Assembly: GCA_050174575.1 (NCBI GenBank)
Contig: JBFXJT010000001.1
Span: forward strand, 55,276-119,275
Length of the DNA: 64,000 bases
Source: Bacilli bacterium
GTDB taxonomy: Bacteria; Bacillota_I; Bacilli_A; ML615J-28; CAG-698
Direction: 5' to 3'
Shown piece after piece: positions 20,201 to 28,245 of the stretch; position 1 is the stretch's first letter; every line of letters begins with the position of its first letter. A program made the translations under genes and the position numbers. Under the pieces are notes generated by a model, which had not been told where the DNA came from, did not search any database, and saw nothing but the letters and a program-made list of their open reading frames with translations.

Positions 20201-20236
20201 TTTAGCTAATTCATCATATCTTTCTTTTATCTCCAT
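17225..20236 (-). CDS. Large cytoplasmic signalling protein with TPR repeats, GAF and PAS domains, and apparently degenerate GGDEF- and EAL-like C-terminal domains
   Basis: ~1003 aa. N-terminal TPR-like helical repeats. GAF-like segment (ANHEIMIDFS...LIAIPMLYEKDLFACAIF). PAS segment (LQEGIFYLD...YEITYRINLQNQEIHVKEQAAPYISKEGKIKFYIGTIRKI). GGDEF-like block with GG(D/E)EF replaced by ADGTF. EAL-like block with ELLYLP in place of EAL..YQP. The track's first Met coincides with the promoter -10 (ATGTGCTATAAT), so the start is taken at MEIKERYDEL. Confidence 0.5.
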   Translation of the reverse strand: MEIKERYDELAKRSLSLADFSQIVDLKNQCILALNQEYQYLCDILIIDIYIDNHLFDDALSLALKTFNIIDSVVFQKIYISFLDHIIFIYFQKKNFKSAYRYTFLKRNYLNLEDHDEVNRWYLEMAYIDAELNQKDKASQHLQAILNNYPDESLKALALSNLTKLYLDDGLLNEAKKTLAEGIKLVEKLKDDEGKLYCEYLNAKLFVLEKNFKFAKQSFHDLFHKISHLSESYLGIFNEYLELLITLEHWDDFDRIVAKFYKEVEQSTDLETKKGFYLSLLKAKIGREKGLKEPLKPLLAMLEALDNQVAKNNSEALEISNEDDKNLEINQRLRTLIAKIEKTMVLTNLASLSDNERDCFMEFSKHLETIVNFNEANFIIFSKSNFASLPEFFENFNHVKSFEYKKQRLFERDIPYNNLNGTIVEMVVSANHEIMIDFSNTQLPLKNVVTEKLYHQSLTQSLIAIPMLYEKDLFACAIFTANDSTLLDVDAMALLKVACKLLEFKLISIFYQDSLRTQKNILQIAMNHLQEGIFYLDQVKSRMLCSSQLLSFLKIEEQMIDRNEYQQWIRKEDQNQLLSVIDKIERGESYEITYRINLQNQEIHVKEQAAPYISKEGKIKFYIGTIRKIDENIPISQQKLTMDDELVFNSFLTEIKSKTTDLDYKFALGRFQIINLENTNTEFAMQTIKYFYQLIKQEFSELTFYLADGTFISYLETSDQRIIDRKIRIIFENADRGFRYQNFNINFETKASIVRYPRDSFSVDELIIFSDLALKEPKRYQVFSDDIHKKYLKSSQVAFCLQEQLKKGTIELLYLPLIGKNTIPKSFLVQYNVPGLLPKESVFQYVTNLTIIPFQILALKQLIREINPANDFCYYFQINAKALEMLIKDQFFSSHLSMFQKINLCINDFSENIANSLQYLKENNIKVLVNYHVFQKLHVNDLLNDYLFGVLLEDTLDHLSRQSLIQVCKLYNYELLCNFDFSEFQNVKYKSDILENVAQINQK

Positions 20237-20269
20237 AAAGAAAAATCCTTTCTCAATTATGATAGTTAG

Positions 20270-20298
20270 ATTATAGCACATTAAAAATTAAAAGTTAA
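20270..20298 (-). promoter_or_regulatory. Sigma-A-type promoter with extended -10 for the signalling-protein/paralog operon
   Basis: Minus strand TTAACT-17 nt-TGTGCTATAAT, followed by the AAAGGA RBS and ATG of the 17225..20236 gene. Confidence 0.55.
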
Positions 20299-20299
20299 G

Positions 20300-20324
20300 T
20301 TAAAAAAAGTGGCTTTAGCCACTT
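20300..20324 (-). terminator. Rho-independent terminator after dtd
   Basis: Minus strand AGTGGCTAAAGCCACT hairpin followed by TTTTTTTA; overlaps the dtd stop codon. Confidence 0.65.
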
Positions 20325-20760
20325 ATAATTCAATAATGATTGTTACTGGTCCACAATTAGTCAGTGAAATGTCCATATGGGCACCAAATACGCCTTCGGA
20401 AACAACAAATCCTGCTTGCCTTAATAAATCATTAAATTGATGATACATTATTTTTGCTTGAACAGGCTCCATACTATCAGTAAAAGATGGTCGATTACCT
20501 TTGGATAAATTGGCATAAAGAGTAAATTGCGAAATGGATAAAATGGTCCCTTTTACTTCATAAAGATTCAAATTCATTTTCCCATTTTCATCTTCAAATA
20601 TTCGTAAATTTGCTATTTTTTTTACCATTTTAGAAAGGGTATTAAATTGATCGCCCTCTTTGAAACCGACAAGCAATAAATAACCAAAACCAGTTTTGCC
20701 AACTTCATTTCCATCAATGATGCATTCGGCATTTGCAACACGTTGAATAACTACTTTCAT
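20323..20760 (-). CDS. dtd: D-aminoacyl-tRNA deacylase
   Basis: 145 aa; MKVVIQRV...SQFTLYA; C-terminal NxGPVT motif. Confidence 0.9.
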   Translation of the reverse strand: MKVVIQRVANAECIIDGNEVGKTGFGYLLLVGFKEGDQFNTLSKMVKKIANLRIFEDENGKMNLNLYEVKGTILSISQFTLYANLSKGNRPSFTDSMEPVQAKIMYHQFNDLLRQAGFVVSEGVFGAHMDISLTNCGPVTIIIEL

Positions 20761-22952
20761 TTTATCACTCTTTCGATGGAATGAACATCACTAATCTTCT
20801 TGATATTAGCCATTGCTGTCGTTAAGACTGTTAAATTAGGAACATCGAGTTTCACTTTTGTCAACAAATCGCCTTCTTTATTTTTCCCTGAAGAAATGTT
20901 TTTGATGGTTACAGCAACGCTGTTTAAGGCATTAATAATTTCTGCAACAATATTTCGACGATCAAAAGATAATATGGTAATTAATGTCTCATAACTTTTG
21001 CGTGTAAATTCAGGGTCCCAATAAACTTCGATAAATCGTTGTTCATCGGAATGGCGATTATTATGGCATTCTAGCCGGTGAACAACAATGCCGTATCCTT
21101 TAGTAACATATCCAATGATATCGTCACCTAATACTGGATGACAACAGTTTGCAAGTTTTATTTGGGTTTTTGTTAACCCTTCAACAACTACACCATAATC
21201 GTTTGTTGAACGTTGAAGTTTCTTTTTTTCATCATCAATACTATATTGTTTAATTAAGGCTTCATCATCAAGTTTTTCCATTCTGCCTGCCAGACGATTG
21301 GCTGCGCCCTTCGCAGAAATAGCATTTTTCCCTATTTCATAATAAAAATCTTCAATATTGGTAACGCCAAATTTTCCAAAGTTAGTAACAACCAATTTAT
21401 CATCAAGTTTCATTGGTGGGATATTTTCTTGTTTAAGGATCTTTTCGAATTCTTCCTTGCCAGATAAAACTAATGCGTCACGTTTTAGTCTATTTAAAAC
21501 AGAGATAATTTTGTGTTTTGCATGGGATGTTCTGACAATTTTTAACCAAGCTTCATTGGGACCAACAAAATTTTTAGAGGTTTTTATTTCAATAACATCG
21601 CCCGTTTTCATTTTGTAAGTTAAAGTAACTATTTTCCCATTAACAATAGCACCAATTGTGTGATTACCAATTTCCGTATGAATTCGATAAGCAAAATCAA
21701 GAGGAGTAGCTCCTGTTGGGAAATCTAAAACATCACCTTTAGGAGTGAATACATATACATTTGCACTAAAAATATCTTCACGAATTGTCTCTAGTGGATC
21801 ACTATCTTCAGATTCGCCAATCTCTGCATAAGTCAATAATTCCTTATACCATTTTAACTTGGCAGCTATTTCTAATTGTTCTTCTTGAGGAGAATAGCTT
21901 TTATTTTCTTCTTTATAAACCCAGTGAGCAGCAATACCAAATTCGGCAATTTCATCCATTTCGTATGTTCTAATTTGGATTTCGTAAATTTTCCCATTTA
22001 AACCAACAATTGTAGAATGAAGTGATTGATATAAGTTTGGTTTTGGTGTAGCTATGTAATCTTTAAACCTCTTTGGTATCGGTGTCCAATGGCCATGAAC
22101 TAGTCCAAGAACATGGTAACAACTTTCAATTGTTGGAACGATAATTCTTAAAGCCATAAGATCATAAATTTGATCAAAATCAAGGTCTTTACTAGTCATC
22201 TTTTTACATACACTATAAATGTTTTTAATTCTTCCTTTAATATCATATTTTTCAATATGATTTTGTGATAATAGTTCTTCTAAATGGAGTTGCATTTGAC
22301 GAATGTCTTCTTCTCGAACAGTCTTTTGCATGTTTATCATATCAAAAATGTGTTGATATTGTTCCGGTTCAAGGTATTTAAAACTTGTATCTTCTAGTTC
22401 AGCTTTTATTCGATACATACCTAAACGATGTGCTAAAGGAGCATACAAATCCATTGTCTCTTTGGCAATTTTTATTTGTTTTTCCGGTGGTTGAAATTCT
22501 AATGTTCGCATATTGTGAACACGATCAAGCAATTTAACTAAAATTACACGAATATCTTTTGCCATCGCCAATAAAATCTTTTGATGGGATTTTGCAAGAG
22601 CTTTTTCTTTCGTCATATATTTTAGTTTGCTAATTTTTGTGACTCCATCAACAATGTTTGCCACGTCGAAACCAAAAATTTCGACTAATTGTTCTTTTGA
22701 AACATCTGTATCTTCCAAAATATCATGGAGCAGTCCAGCAGCAATCACTACTGGGGAAACATGCAATTCAGCAAGCATATAAGCAACTTCGACAGGATGT
22801 TGAATGTATGGATCTAACGACTTACGAAATTGACCTTCATGTTTAAGACGAGCAAATTCATAGGCATTTTGTATTAATTCAATATTCTTGGAATTATGTA
22901 AATACTCTTCGGCTTTTGCAATGACATCAGCAATAGTTTTTTTAGCATCCAT
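20757..22952 (-). CDS. relA: Bifunctional (p)ppGpp synthetase/hydrolase RelA/SpoT (Rel)
   Basis: 731 aa; HD hydrolase domain (HDILEDT), synthetase domain (RIKNIYSV...), TGS and ACT domains; apt-relA-dtd synteny. Confidence 0.93.
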   Translation of the reverse strand: MDAKKTIADVIAKAEEYLHNSKNIELIQNAYEFARLKHEGQFRKSLDPYIQHPVEVAYMLAELHVSPVVIAAGLLHDILEDTDVSKEQLVEIFGFDVANIVDGVTKISKLKYMTKEKALAKSHQKILLAMAKDIRVILVKLLDRVHNMRTLEFQPPEKQIKIAKETMDLYAPLAHRLGMYRIKAELEDTSFKYLEPEQYQHIFDMINMQKTVREEDIRQMQLHLEELLSQNHIEKYDIKGRIKNIYSVCKKMTSKDLDFDQIYDLMALRIIVPTIESCYHVLGLVHGHWTPIPKRFKDYIATPKPNLYQSLHSTIVGLNGKIYEIQIRTYEMDEIAEFGIAAHWVYKEENKSYSPQEEQLEIAAKLKWYKELLTYAEIGESEDSDPLETIREDIFSANVYVFTPKGDVLDFPTGATPLDFAYRIHTEIGNHTIGAIVNGKIVTLTYKMKTGDVIEIKTSKNFVGPNEAWLKIVRTSHAKHKIISVLNRLKRDALVLSGKEEFEKILKQENIPPMKLDDKLVVTNFGKFGVTNIEDFYYEIGKNAISAKGAANRLAGRMEKLDDEALIKQYSIDDEKKKLQRSTNDYGVVVEGLTKTQIKLANCCHPVLGDDIIGYVTKGYGIVVHRLECHNNRHSDEQRFIEVYWDPEFTRKSYETLITILSFDRRNIVAEIINALNSVAVTIKNISSGKNKEGDLLTKVKLDVPNLTVLTTAMANIKKISDVHSIERVIK

Positions 22953-22990
22953 AAGACAACCTCCTTTCTTAAAAGTTGAAATAAAATAAA

Positions 22991-23503
22991 TTAGTATTTA
23001 ACTAAAGCTTTAACTAAATAATTTTTCAAAAGTTCACGACCATTTAAATCTTCTAATTCAATTAAAAAACCACAACCAACAACAATTCCGCCTAATTTTT
23101 CAACTAATTCAATGGTCGCTTTTACAGTGCCTCCAGTAGCTAATAAATCATCAATAATTAAGACACGTTCGTTTGGCTTAATAGCATCTTTATGCATACA
23201 TAAAGTATTTTTACCATATTCTAATTCATATGAAATAGAAACCGTTTCACGGGGTAGTTTGTTTGGTTTACGAATGGGAACAAAGCCAATCCCTAATTCA
23301 TAAGCAATTGGGCAACCAAAAATGAACCCTCTTGACTCGGGCCCAACGATGACTTCTGCTTTTTGTTCACTAGCAAATTTTTTTAACTCGTTTACAGCAT
23401 GATGAAAGGCTTCGCCATCAGCCATTAATGGAGTAATATCTCTAAATAAAATTCCTTCAATCGGGAAATCTTTAATCGTAGCAATATATTTCTTATAATC
23501 CAT
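22991..23503 (-). CDS. apt: Adenine phosphoribosyltransferase
   Basis: 170 aa; PRPP-binding [13 protein letters not shown] motif. Confidence 0.9.
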   Translation of the reverse strand: MDYKKYIATIKDFPIEGILFRDITPLMADGEAFHHAVNELKKFASEQKAEVIVGPESRGFIFGCPIAYELGIGFVPIRKPNKLPRETVSISYELEYGKNTLCMHKDAIKPNERVLIIDDLLATGGTVKATIELVEKLGGIVVGCGFLIELEDLNGRELLKNYLVKALVKY

Positions 23504-23643
23504 GTTTCTCTCCTTAATATGTTAATATTATAACAAAATATTAAGCAAAACGCTAGTTGAACAATAAAATATTCCAAAGATATTAAAAACCGATTGACTT
23601 TACTAATTGACTTGAATATGTTAAAATTTATTTAGGTGAAAAT

Positions 23644-24879
23644 ATGGAACCATTAGCTTATAAATTACGTCCACAAACAATTGATGACATTGTTGGTCAA
23701 AATCATTTAGTAGGTAAAAATGGCGTTATCCGTAAGATGATTAATAACAAGGTTTTTCCTTCAATCATTTTGTTTGGTAACCCAGGAACAGGGAAAACGA
23801 CAATTGCCATTGCTATTAGTCATGATATGGAATTGCCTTATTATACTTTTAATGCGTCGATTGACAATAAAGCCCGTTTAAAAGAAATTATTGAAAAAAT
23901 ATCTGACGATCATCAAACCATTATGATTATTGATGAAATCCATCGGATGAAAAAAGATATTCAAGATTACTTATTACCCTTTGTAGAAAACGGAAAAATT
24001 ACAATGATTGGGATTACAACAATTAATCCATATCATTCAGTAAATCCGGCTGTAAGGTCACGATGCCTTGTTTTAAAATTAAATCCTTTAACAAATGAGG
24101 ATCTTTTTATTATTTTTAAAAAAGCATTTATGCAGTTAGATTCGTCAATTTCCATTGATCAAGAAGTTGCTTCATACATTGTCCAAATGGCTAATGGAGA
24201 TGCTCGTTCTTTAATTAACATGGTTGAAAGTCTTTATTTTTCAATGACAGAAAAGCAAATTATTGATTTACAGTTTGCAAAGAGCATTATTCAAAAACCA
24301 TCGATTAATATGGATAAAAGTGACGATAATTATTATGATACTTTAAGTGGTCTGCATAAATCAATTCGTGGAAGTGATGTCAATGCCAGTCTGCATTATC
24401 TTGCAAAATTATTAACTGCTGAAGATTTTTTGCCTTTGGTTAGAAGATTATATTGTATTTGTTATGAAGATATATCTTTAGCAAATCCTAATATGGGCCC
24501 AAAAGTAAGAGCTGCATGTGAAGCTGCTTTAGAGTTAGGTATGCCGGAAGCTCGATTGCCTTTAGCAAGTATTGTTGTAGAAATGGCTCTATCTCCTAAA
24601 TCCAATAGTACTCTAATCGGCATTGATGCTGCATTGAAAGATATCAATGAAGGGAAAAGTGGTTCACTGCCACCACATTTAAAAAATGTTTATGCTTATG
24701 ATGATGATAAAAGTGGTTATAAATACCCTCATGATTACCCAGGAGCTTGGGTAAAACAGCAATATTTGCCAAATGCAATCAAAGATGCAAAATATTGGAT
24801 ACCAAAAACAACTAGCAAAAATGAAGAGATGCTTAAGGAACGCTATGAAGCAATTGAAAGAATTAAAAAAGAGTCTTAA
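23644..24879 (+). CDS. rarA: Replication-associated recombination protein A (AAA+ ATPase RarA/MgsA)
   Basis: LRPQTIDDIVGQ + Walker A GNPGTGKTT + Walker B IMIIDEIHR; 411 aa. Confidence 0.85.
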   Translation: MEPLAYKLRPQTIDDIVGQNHLVGKNGVIRKMINNKVFPSIILFGNPGTGKTTIAIAISHDMELPYYTFNASIDNKARLKEIIEKISDDHQTIMIIDEIHRMKKDIQDYLLPFVENGKITMIGITTINPYHSVNPAVRSRCLVLKLNPLTNEDLFIIFKKAFMQLDSSISIDQEVASYIVQMANGDARSLINMVESLYFSMTEKQIIDLQFAKSIIQKPSINMDKSDDNYYDTLSGLHKSIRGSDVNASLHYLAKLLTAEDFLPLVRRLYCICYEDISLANPNMGPKVRAACEAALELGMPEARLPLASIVVEMALSPKSNSTLIGIDAALKDINEGKSGSLPPHLKNVYAYDDDKSGYKYPHDYPGAWVKQQYLPNAIKDAKYWIPKTTSKNEEMLKERYEAIERIKKES

Positions 24880-26356
24880 TAATTTAATTCCATTGTTAAT
24901 TTTCATTCTTTTCTTCATTATTCTTTATGGTTGTAAACAAGAAAATATTTTTATTATCGAAAATAATGAATTAGTTGATTTTACTGAAACAATCGTTGAT
25001 GAAGAAAGTATTGTAATACCCGAAGGAGTCACTTCCATAAGTACTTCTTTAGCCCAACTTATAAATTTAAAAACAATTGAATTACCAAGTTCTTTTGAAG
25101 ACTTCGATTATCGGTTATTTCAAAATTGCACTAATTTACAGCAAATTAATTTTGCTATTGATAATAGTCATTACTCATCGATTGATGGCGTTGTTTTCAC
25201 AAAAAACTTAAATATTTTATTATACTATCCTGAAGGCAAAACAAATTTTTCTTATACAATTAATAATCCTACGATTGGCACAAAAGCTTTTTACAACAAT
25301 AAATACATAAAATATATCATTATGACTGAAAAAGTGCTAAAAATTAATAAGGCTGCATTTGAAAATTGTATTAATCTAGAAAGTGTTGTTTTATCACCAA
25401 ACATTCTTGAATTACCTTCATTTGCCTTTAAAAACTGCCGAAAATTAAACACAATAACGATTACTGAAAAAATTAAATCAATTGGCGAGCAAACTTTTGC
25501 CAATAATACATCACTAATTAACTTAACAATTCCTAAAAATATTTTATATATCCAAAAAGAAGCATTTTTCAATTTTACAAGTTCACAAACTATTGCTATT
25601 GATCAACCATGTGATTTTATTTTATGGGATCTTGAATGGAAAAATTACAGTCAAGCGAAGATTATATATTTCGGTTCAAATGTTTCTTCTAGTTTGTATT
25701 TAGCTTTAGGGGATTCCGTTGCGGCTGGTCATATGAGTGATAATACATTGAGTAAAGGTTACGCTGATTATTTGGGTGAAAAATTGGTTGTCGCTCAAAT
25801 GGCTACTCAATTTCATAATGATTTTGCAAAGAGTGGTATGTCTTCGTCTGGATTATTATACCGCTTAGAGCATCCCGACTTGTTTACAATCAATGATCAA
25901 ACAATTATTGAAGAAATCGCAAAAGCAAATTATATTACTATTTCCATTGGCGCAAATGATTTGCTTGCGAAATTAGGGATAAATTTCAATCCGTTTTCGC
26001 TTTCATATGATGCTACAGAAATTTTTATTGCTTTTACTCAATTAAGAAACAATTACATTAGTATTATTGACATTATTCGAAGTTATAATCAAAAGGCTCA
26101 AATTTATTTAATCAGCTACTATATGCCATTGCCTTATTTTTCAAATAGCTTTTCTCTTCAAGACTATGAAATGTTTCAAAAGCTTGATGAAACAATTGCT
26201 GATGTTGCTTATGTCACAAATACTTATTTTGTTGACATTTCTTCAGTTTCCTCAATAACAAATATCCCTAATCCCATTAACATCCATCCCGGAGAATCGG
26301 GATATCAATTTATTAGTGACATAATATTTAAAAAAATGGTAGAAATAAATAAATAA
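24845..26356 (+). CDS. Predicted lipoprotein fusing BspA-type leucine-rich repeats to a C-terminal SGNH/GDSL hydrolase domain
   Basis: Signal peptide plus lipobox (LIFILFFIILYGC). Repeated LRR_5-like segments (NLQQINF..., NLESVVLSPN..., KLNTITI..., SLINLTIPKN...). SGNH blocks GDSVAAGH, ISIGANDL and a C-terminal HPGESGY. The in-frame ATG at 24845 overlaps the rarA 3' end by 35 nt. Confidence 0.6.
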   Translation: MKQLKELKKSLNNLIPLLIFILFFIILYGCKQENIFIIENNELVDFTETIVDEESIVIPEGVTSISTSLAQLINLKTIELPSSFEDFDYRLFQNCTNLQQINFAIDNSHYSSIDGVVFTKNLNILLYYPEGKTNFSYTINNPTIGTKAFYNNKYIKYIIMTEKVLKINKAAFENCINLESVVLSPNILELPSFAFKNCRKLNTITITEKIKSIGEQTFANNTSLINLTIPKNILYIQKEAFFNFTSSQTIAIDQPCDFILWDLEWKNYSQAKIIYFGSNVSSSLYLALGDSVAAGHMSDNTLSKGYADYLGEKLVVAQMATQFHNDFAKSGMSSSGLLYRLEHPDLFTINDQTIIEEIAKANYITISIGANDLLAKLGINFNPFSLSYDATEIFIAFTQLRNNYISIIDIIRSYNQKAQIYLISYYMPLPYFSNSFSLQDYEMFQKLDETIADVAYVTNTYFVDISSVSSITNIPNPINIHPGESGYQFISDIIFKKMVEINK

Positions 26357-26360
26357 ATAA
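26343..26360. repeat. (AAAT)4-5 microsatellite just 3' of the lipoprotein stop codon
   Basis: aaataaataaataaataa read directly. Confidence 0.5.
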
Positions 26361-26361
26361 C

Positions 26362-26390
26362 TTGCTAAAAAGTTTATAATATAGTATAAT
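26362..26390 (+). promoter_or_regulatory. Sigma-A-type promoter for rpmG
   Basis: TTGCTA-17 nt-TATAAT, then RBS AGGAGG 7 nt upstream of the ATG at 26424. Confidence 0.6.
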
Positions 26391-26423
26391 AACAAGGTAT
26401 AAAAATATTAGGAGGATTTTAAC

Positions 26424-26579
26424 ATGCGCGTTACCTTTTTAATGAGATGCTCAGTTTGTAATGAAGAAAATTACTTAACTGAAAAAAATAAAAAGAATAC
26501 TCCCGACCGATTAGAACAAATGAAATATTGTCCTAAGTGTCGCAAACAGACTTTGCACAAAGAAAAAGCGAAAAAATAG
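26424..26579 (+). CDS. rpmG: 50S ribosomal protein L33
   Basis: 51 aa, [51 protein letters not shown]: zinc-ribbon CxxC...CxxC L33 signature, strong AGGAGG RBS; below the ORF-track length cutoff. Confidence 0.85.
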   Translation: MRVTFLMRCSVCNEENYLTEKNKKNTPDRLEQMKYCPKCRKQTLHKEKAKK

Positions 26580-26584
26580 TCAAA

Positions 26585-26611
26585 AAAGGCAAATAGGTTT
26601 TGCCTTTTTTT
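26585..26611 (+). terminator. Rho-independent terminator after rpmG
   Basis: AAAGGCAAA-tagg-TTTGCCTTT hairpin followed by TTTTTTT. Confidence 0.7.
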
Positions 26612-26691
26612 AATGCTTTTTATTGTTGAATTTTTTCAACATTTGTGCTAAAATGAAATAGGAAATATTTATTAAATAACGAGGTAAAAAT

Positions 26692-27129
26692 ATGAATAAT
26701 GAAATTACAATAATGGAAGAAACGCCAAAATTACCAAAATTAAGACGTTTGGAAAAGAGAAAATTGCGAGTCATCAATCGTTTGATTGCTGGCGAAATCA
26801 ATGGCCCAAAAGCTGCTTCCCTTTTGAAAATCACAACTCGGCAAGTTCGTAATCTAAAAAGACAAGTGTTAAATGAAGGTGAAAATGGTGTCGTTCATAA
26901 AAATAGATATCATAAACCGATAAATACCTATGATGAAGAAATAAGGAACGAATTAGCACATATTTATCGAGTCGAATATCGTGGAACAAATTTTACTGAA
27001 TTTGCACGGATAATGAATGAAGAACGAGGTTTTAATTTATCACGAAGTACAATTTATAATATTTTAAGGCAAAAAAGAATTCGCTCTCCTCAAAGGAAAA
27101 AAATTAAACGCAAAAAAGTTCGTGCTTGA
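26692..27129 (+). mobile_element. IS481-family-like transposase N-terminal HTH fragment; the DDE catalytic domain is absent
   Basis: 145 aa with own extended -10 (TGCTAAAAT) and RBS. Architecture LRRLEKRKLRVINRLIAGE..GPKAASLLKITTRQVRNLKRQVLNEGENGVVHKNRYHKP parallels the IS481 transposase N-terminus (HTH, then GxxGLxDxSSRP). The ORF ends in a Lys/Arg-rich tail overlapping the ispG start. Confidence 0.5.
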
Positions 27130-27136
27130 GGTAATT

Positions 27137-28195
27137 ATGGAACGGAAAAAAACTCTACCAATTCAAATTGGCAATGTAACAATTGGTAATAATAATCCTA
27201 TTGCTATCCAAAGCATGACTAATACACGTACTAAAGATGTAACTAAAACCGTAAACCAAATTTTAGATTTGGAAAAAGTTGGATGTGAAATTATTCGCGT
27301 TGCCGTTTTTGACATGGATGATGCTTTAGCTTTAAAACAAATAAAATCACTTATTCATATCCCGCTTGTTGCAGATATCCATTTTGATTACCGTCTTGCT
27401 TTAGCAAGTATTGAAGCGGGTATTGATAAATTAAGAATTAATCCAGGAAATATTGGCTCAATTGATCGAATTAAAATGGTTGTTGATGCTTGTAAACAAC
27501 ATCATATTCCCATTAGAATCGGTATAAATGCTGGTTCGTTGGAAAAAGATATTCTTGAAAAGTATCATCACCCAACACCAACAGCGATGATTGAAAGTGC
27601 TCAAAGACATGTAAAAATTCTTGAAAATCTTGACTTTTATAATATTATTCTTTCTCTAAAAGCTTCGGATGTTTTAAAAACAGTTGAAGCATACCAAATG
27701 GCTAGTGCATTATTTCCCTACCCACTCCATTTAGGCATTACTGAAGCGGGAACTCAATTTTCTGGAACTATTAAATCATCGATTGGATTAGGTATTTTAA
27801 TCAACCAAGGAATTGGAGATACAATTAGGGTTTCACTGAGCAGTGATTCCCAAAATGAAATTAAAGTTGCAAAAGAAATTTTAAGTGCTTTTAATCTTTA
27901 TCAAAAGCCGACTTTAATTTCTTGCCCGACATGTGGAAGAATTCAATATAACATGTTTCCTATTGTTAACGAAATTGAAGACTTTTTAAATTCACTTGGA
28001 AATGTAAAAATAAAAGTAGCTATAATGGGTTGTGCCGTTAATGGTCCTGGAGAAGCAATGGAAGCGGATATAGGAATTGCTGGTGGAGCAAACGGAGCAT
28101 TATTAATAAAAAAAGGTCAAATAATAGGACGAATTGATCAATCAGAAATTGTAAATGTTTTAAAAAAAGAAATATTGGAATTTATACAAAAATAA
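27137..28195 (+). CDS. ispG: 4-hydroxy-3-methylbut-2-enyl diphosphate synthase (GcpE)
   Basis: TIM-barrel N domain plus C-terminal [4Fe-4S] cysteines (SCPTCGR...GCAVNGPGE); start taken at MERKKT. Confidence 0.9.
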   Translation: MERKKTLPIQIGNVTIGNNNPIAIQSMTNTRTKDVTKTVNQILDLEKVGCEIIRVAVFDMDDALALKQIKSLIHIPLVADIHFDYRLALASIEAGIDKLRINPGNIGSIDRIKMVVDACKQHHIPIRIGINAGSLEKDILEKYHHPTPTAMIESAQRHVKILENLDFYNIILSLKASDVLKTVEAYQMASALFPYPLHLGITEAGTQFSGTIKSSIGLGILINQGIGDTIRVSLSSDSQNEIKVAKEILSAFNLYQKPTLISCPTCGRIQYNMFPIVNEIEDFLNSLGNVKIKVAIMGCAVNGPGEAMEADIGIAGGANGALLIKKGQIIGRIDQSEIVNVLKKEILEFIQK

Positions 28196-28245
28196 AAAGC
28201 AAGGTTTGAATTAGTTGCATTAACCAATCCAATACCCTGCTTTTT

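Noticed and set aside
20236-20281. The first 15 codons of the 1018-aa track ORF (MCYNLTIIIEKGFFF) and the similar MCYN start of paralog A
   Set aside because: The ATG TGC TAT AAT at the 1018-aa ORF start is the promoter's TGn-TATAAT element itself. An AAAGGA RBS plus ATG follows 45 nt downstream. The paralog A start at 17204 likewise lacks an RBS, whereas the internal Met has one.
1283-23303. Numerous 60-110-aa ORFs antisense to aspS, hisS, dinB, recN, dxs, relA, apt and dnaK (e.g. 1283-1477, 3603-3905, 5603-5797, 7190-7450, 10274-10615, 21358-21618, 23112-23303)
   Set aside because: All are embedded antisense in long, motif-verified genes and lack RBSs. Such ORFs are expected by chance in AT-rich DNA.
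24679-24918. 79-aa minus-strand ORF and the 24773 upstream extension of the lipoprotein ORF overlapping the rarA 3' end
   Set aside because: Both are antisense or alternative-frame readings through the rarA C-terminus. The lipoprotein's signal peptide starts at the in-frame ATG at 24845.
26610-26834. 74-aa minus-strand ORF antisense to the IS481-like HTH gene and its promoter
   Set aside because: It is antisense to a better-supported gene and has no RBS or promoter on that strand.
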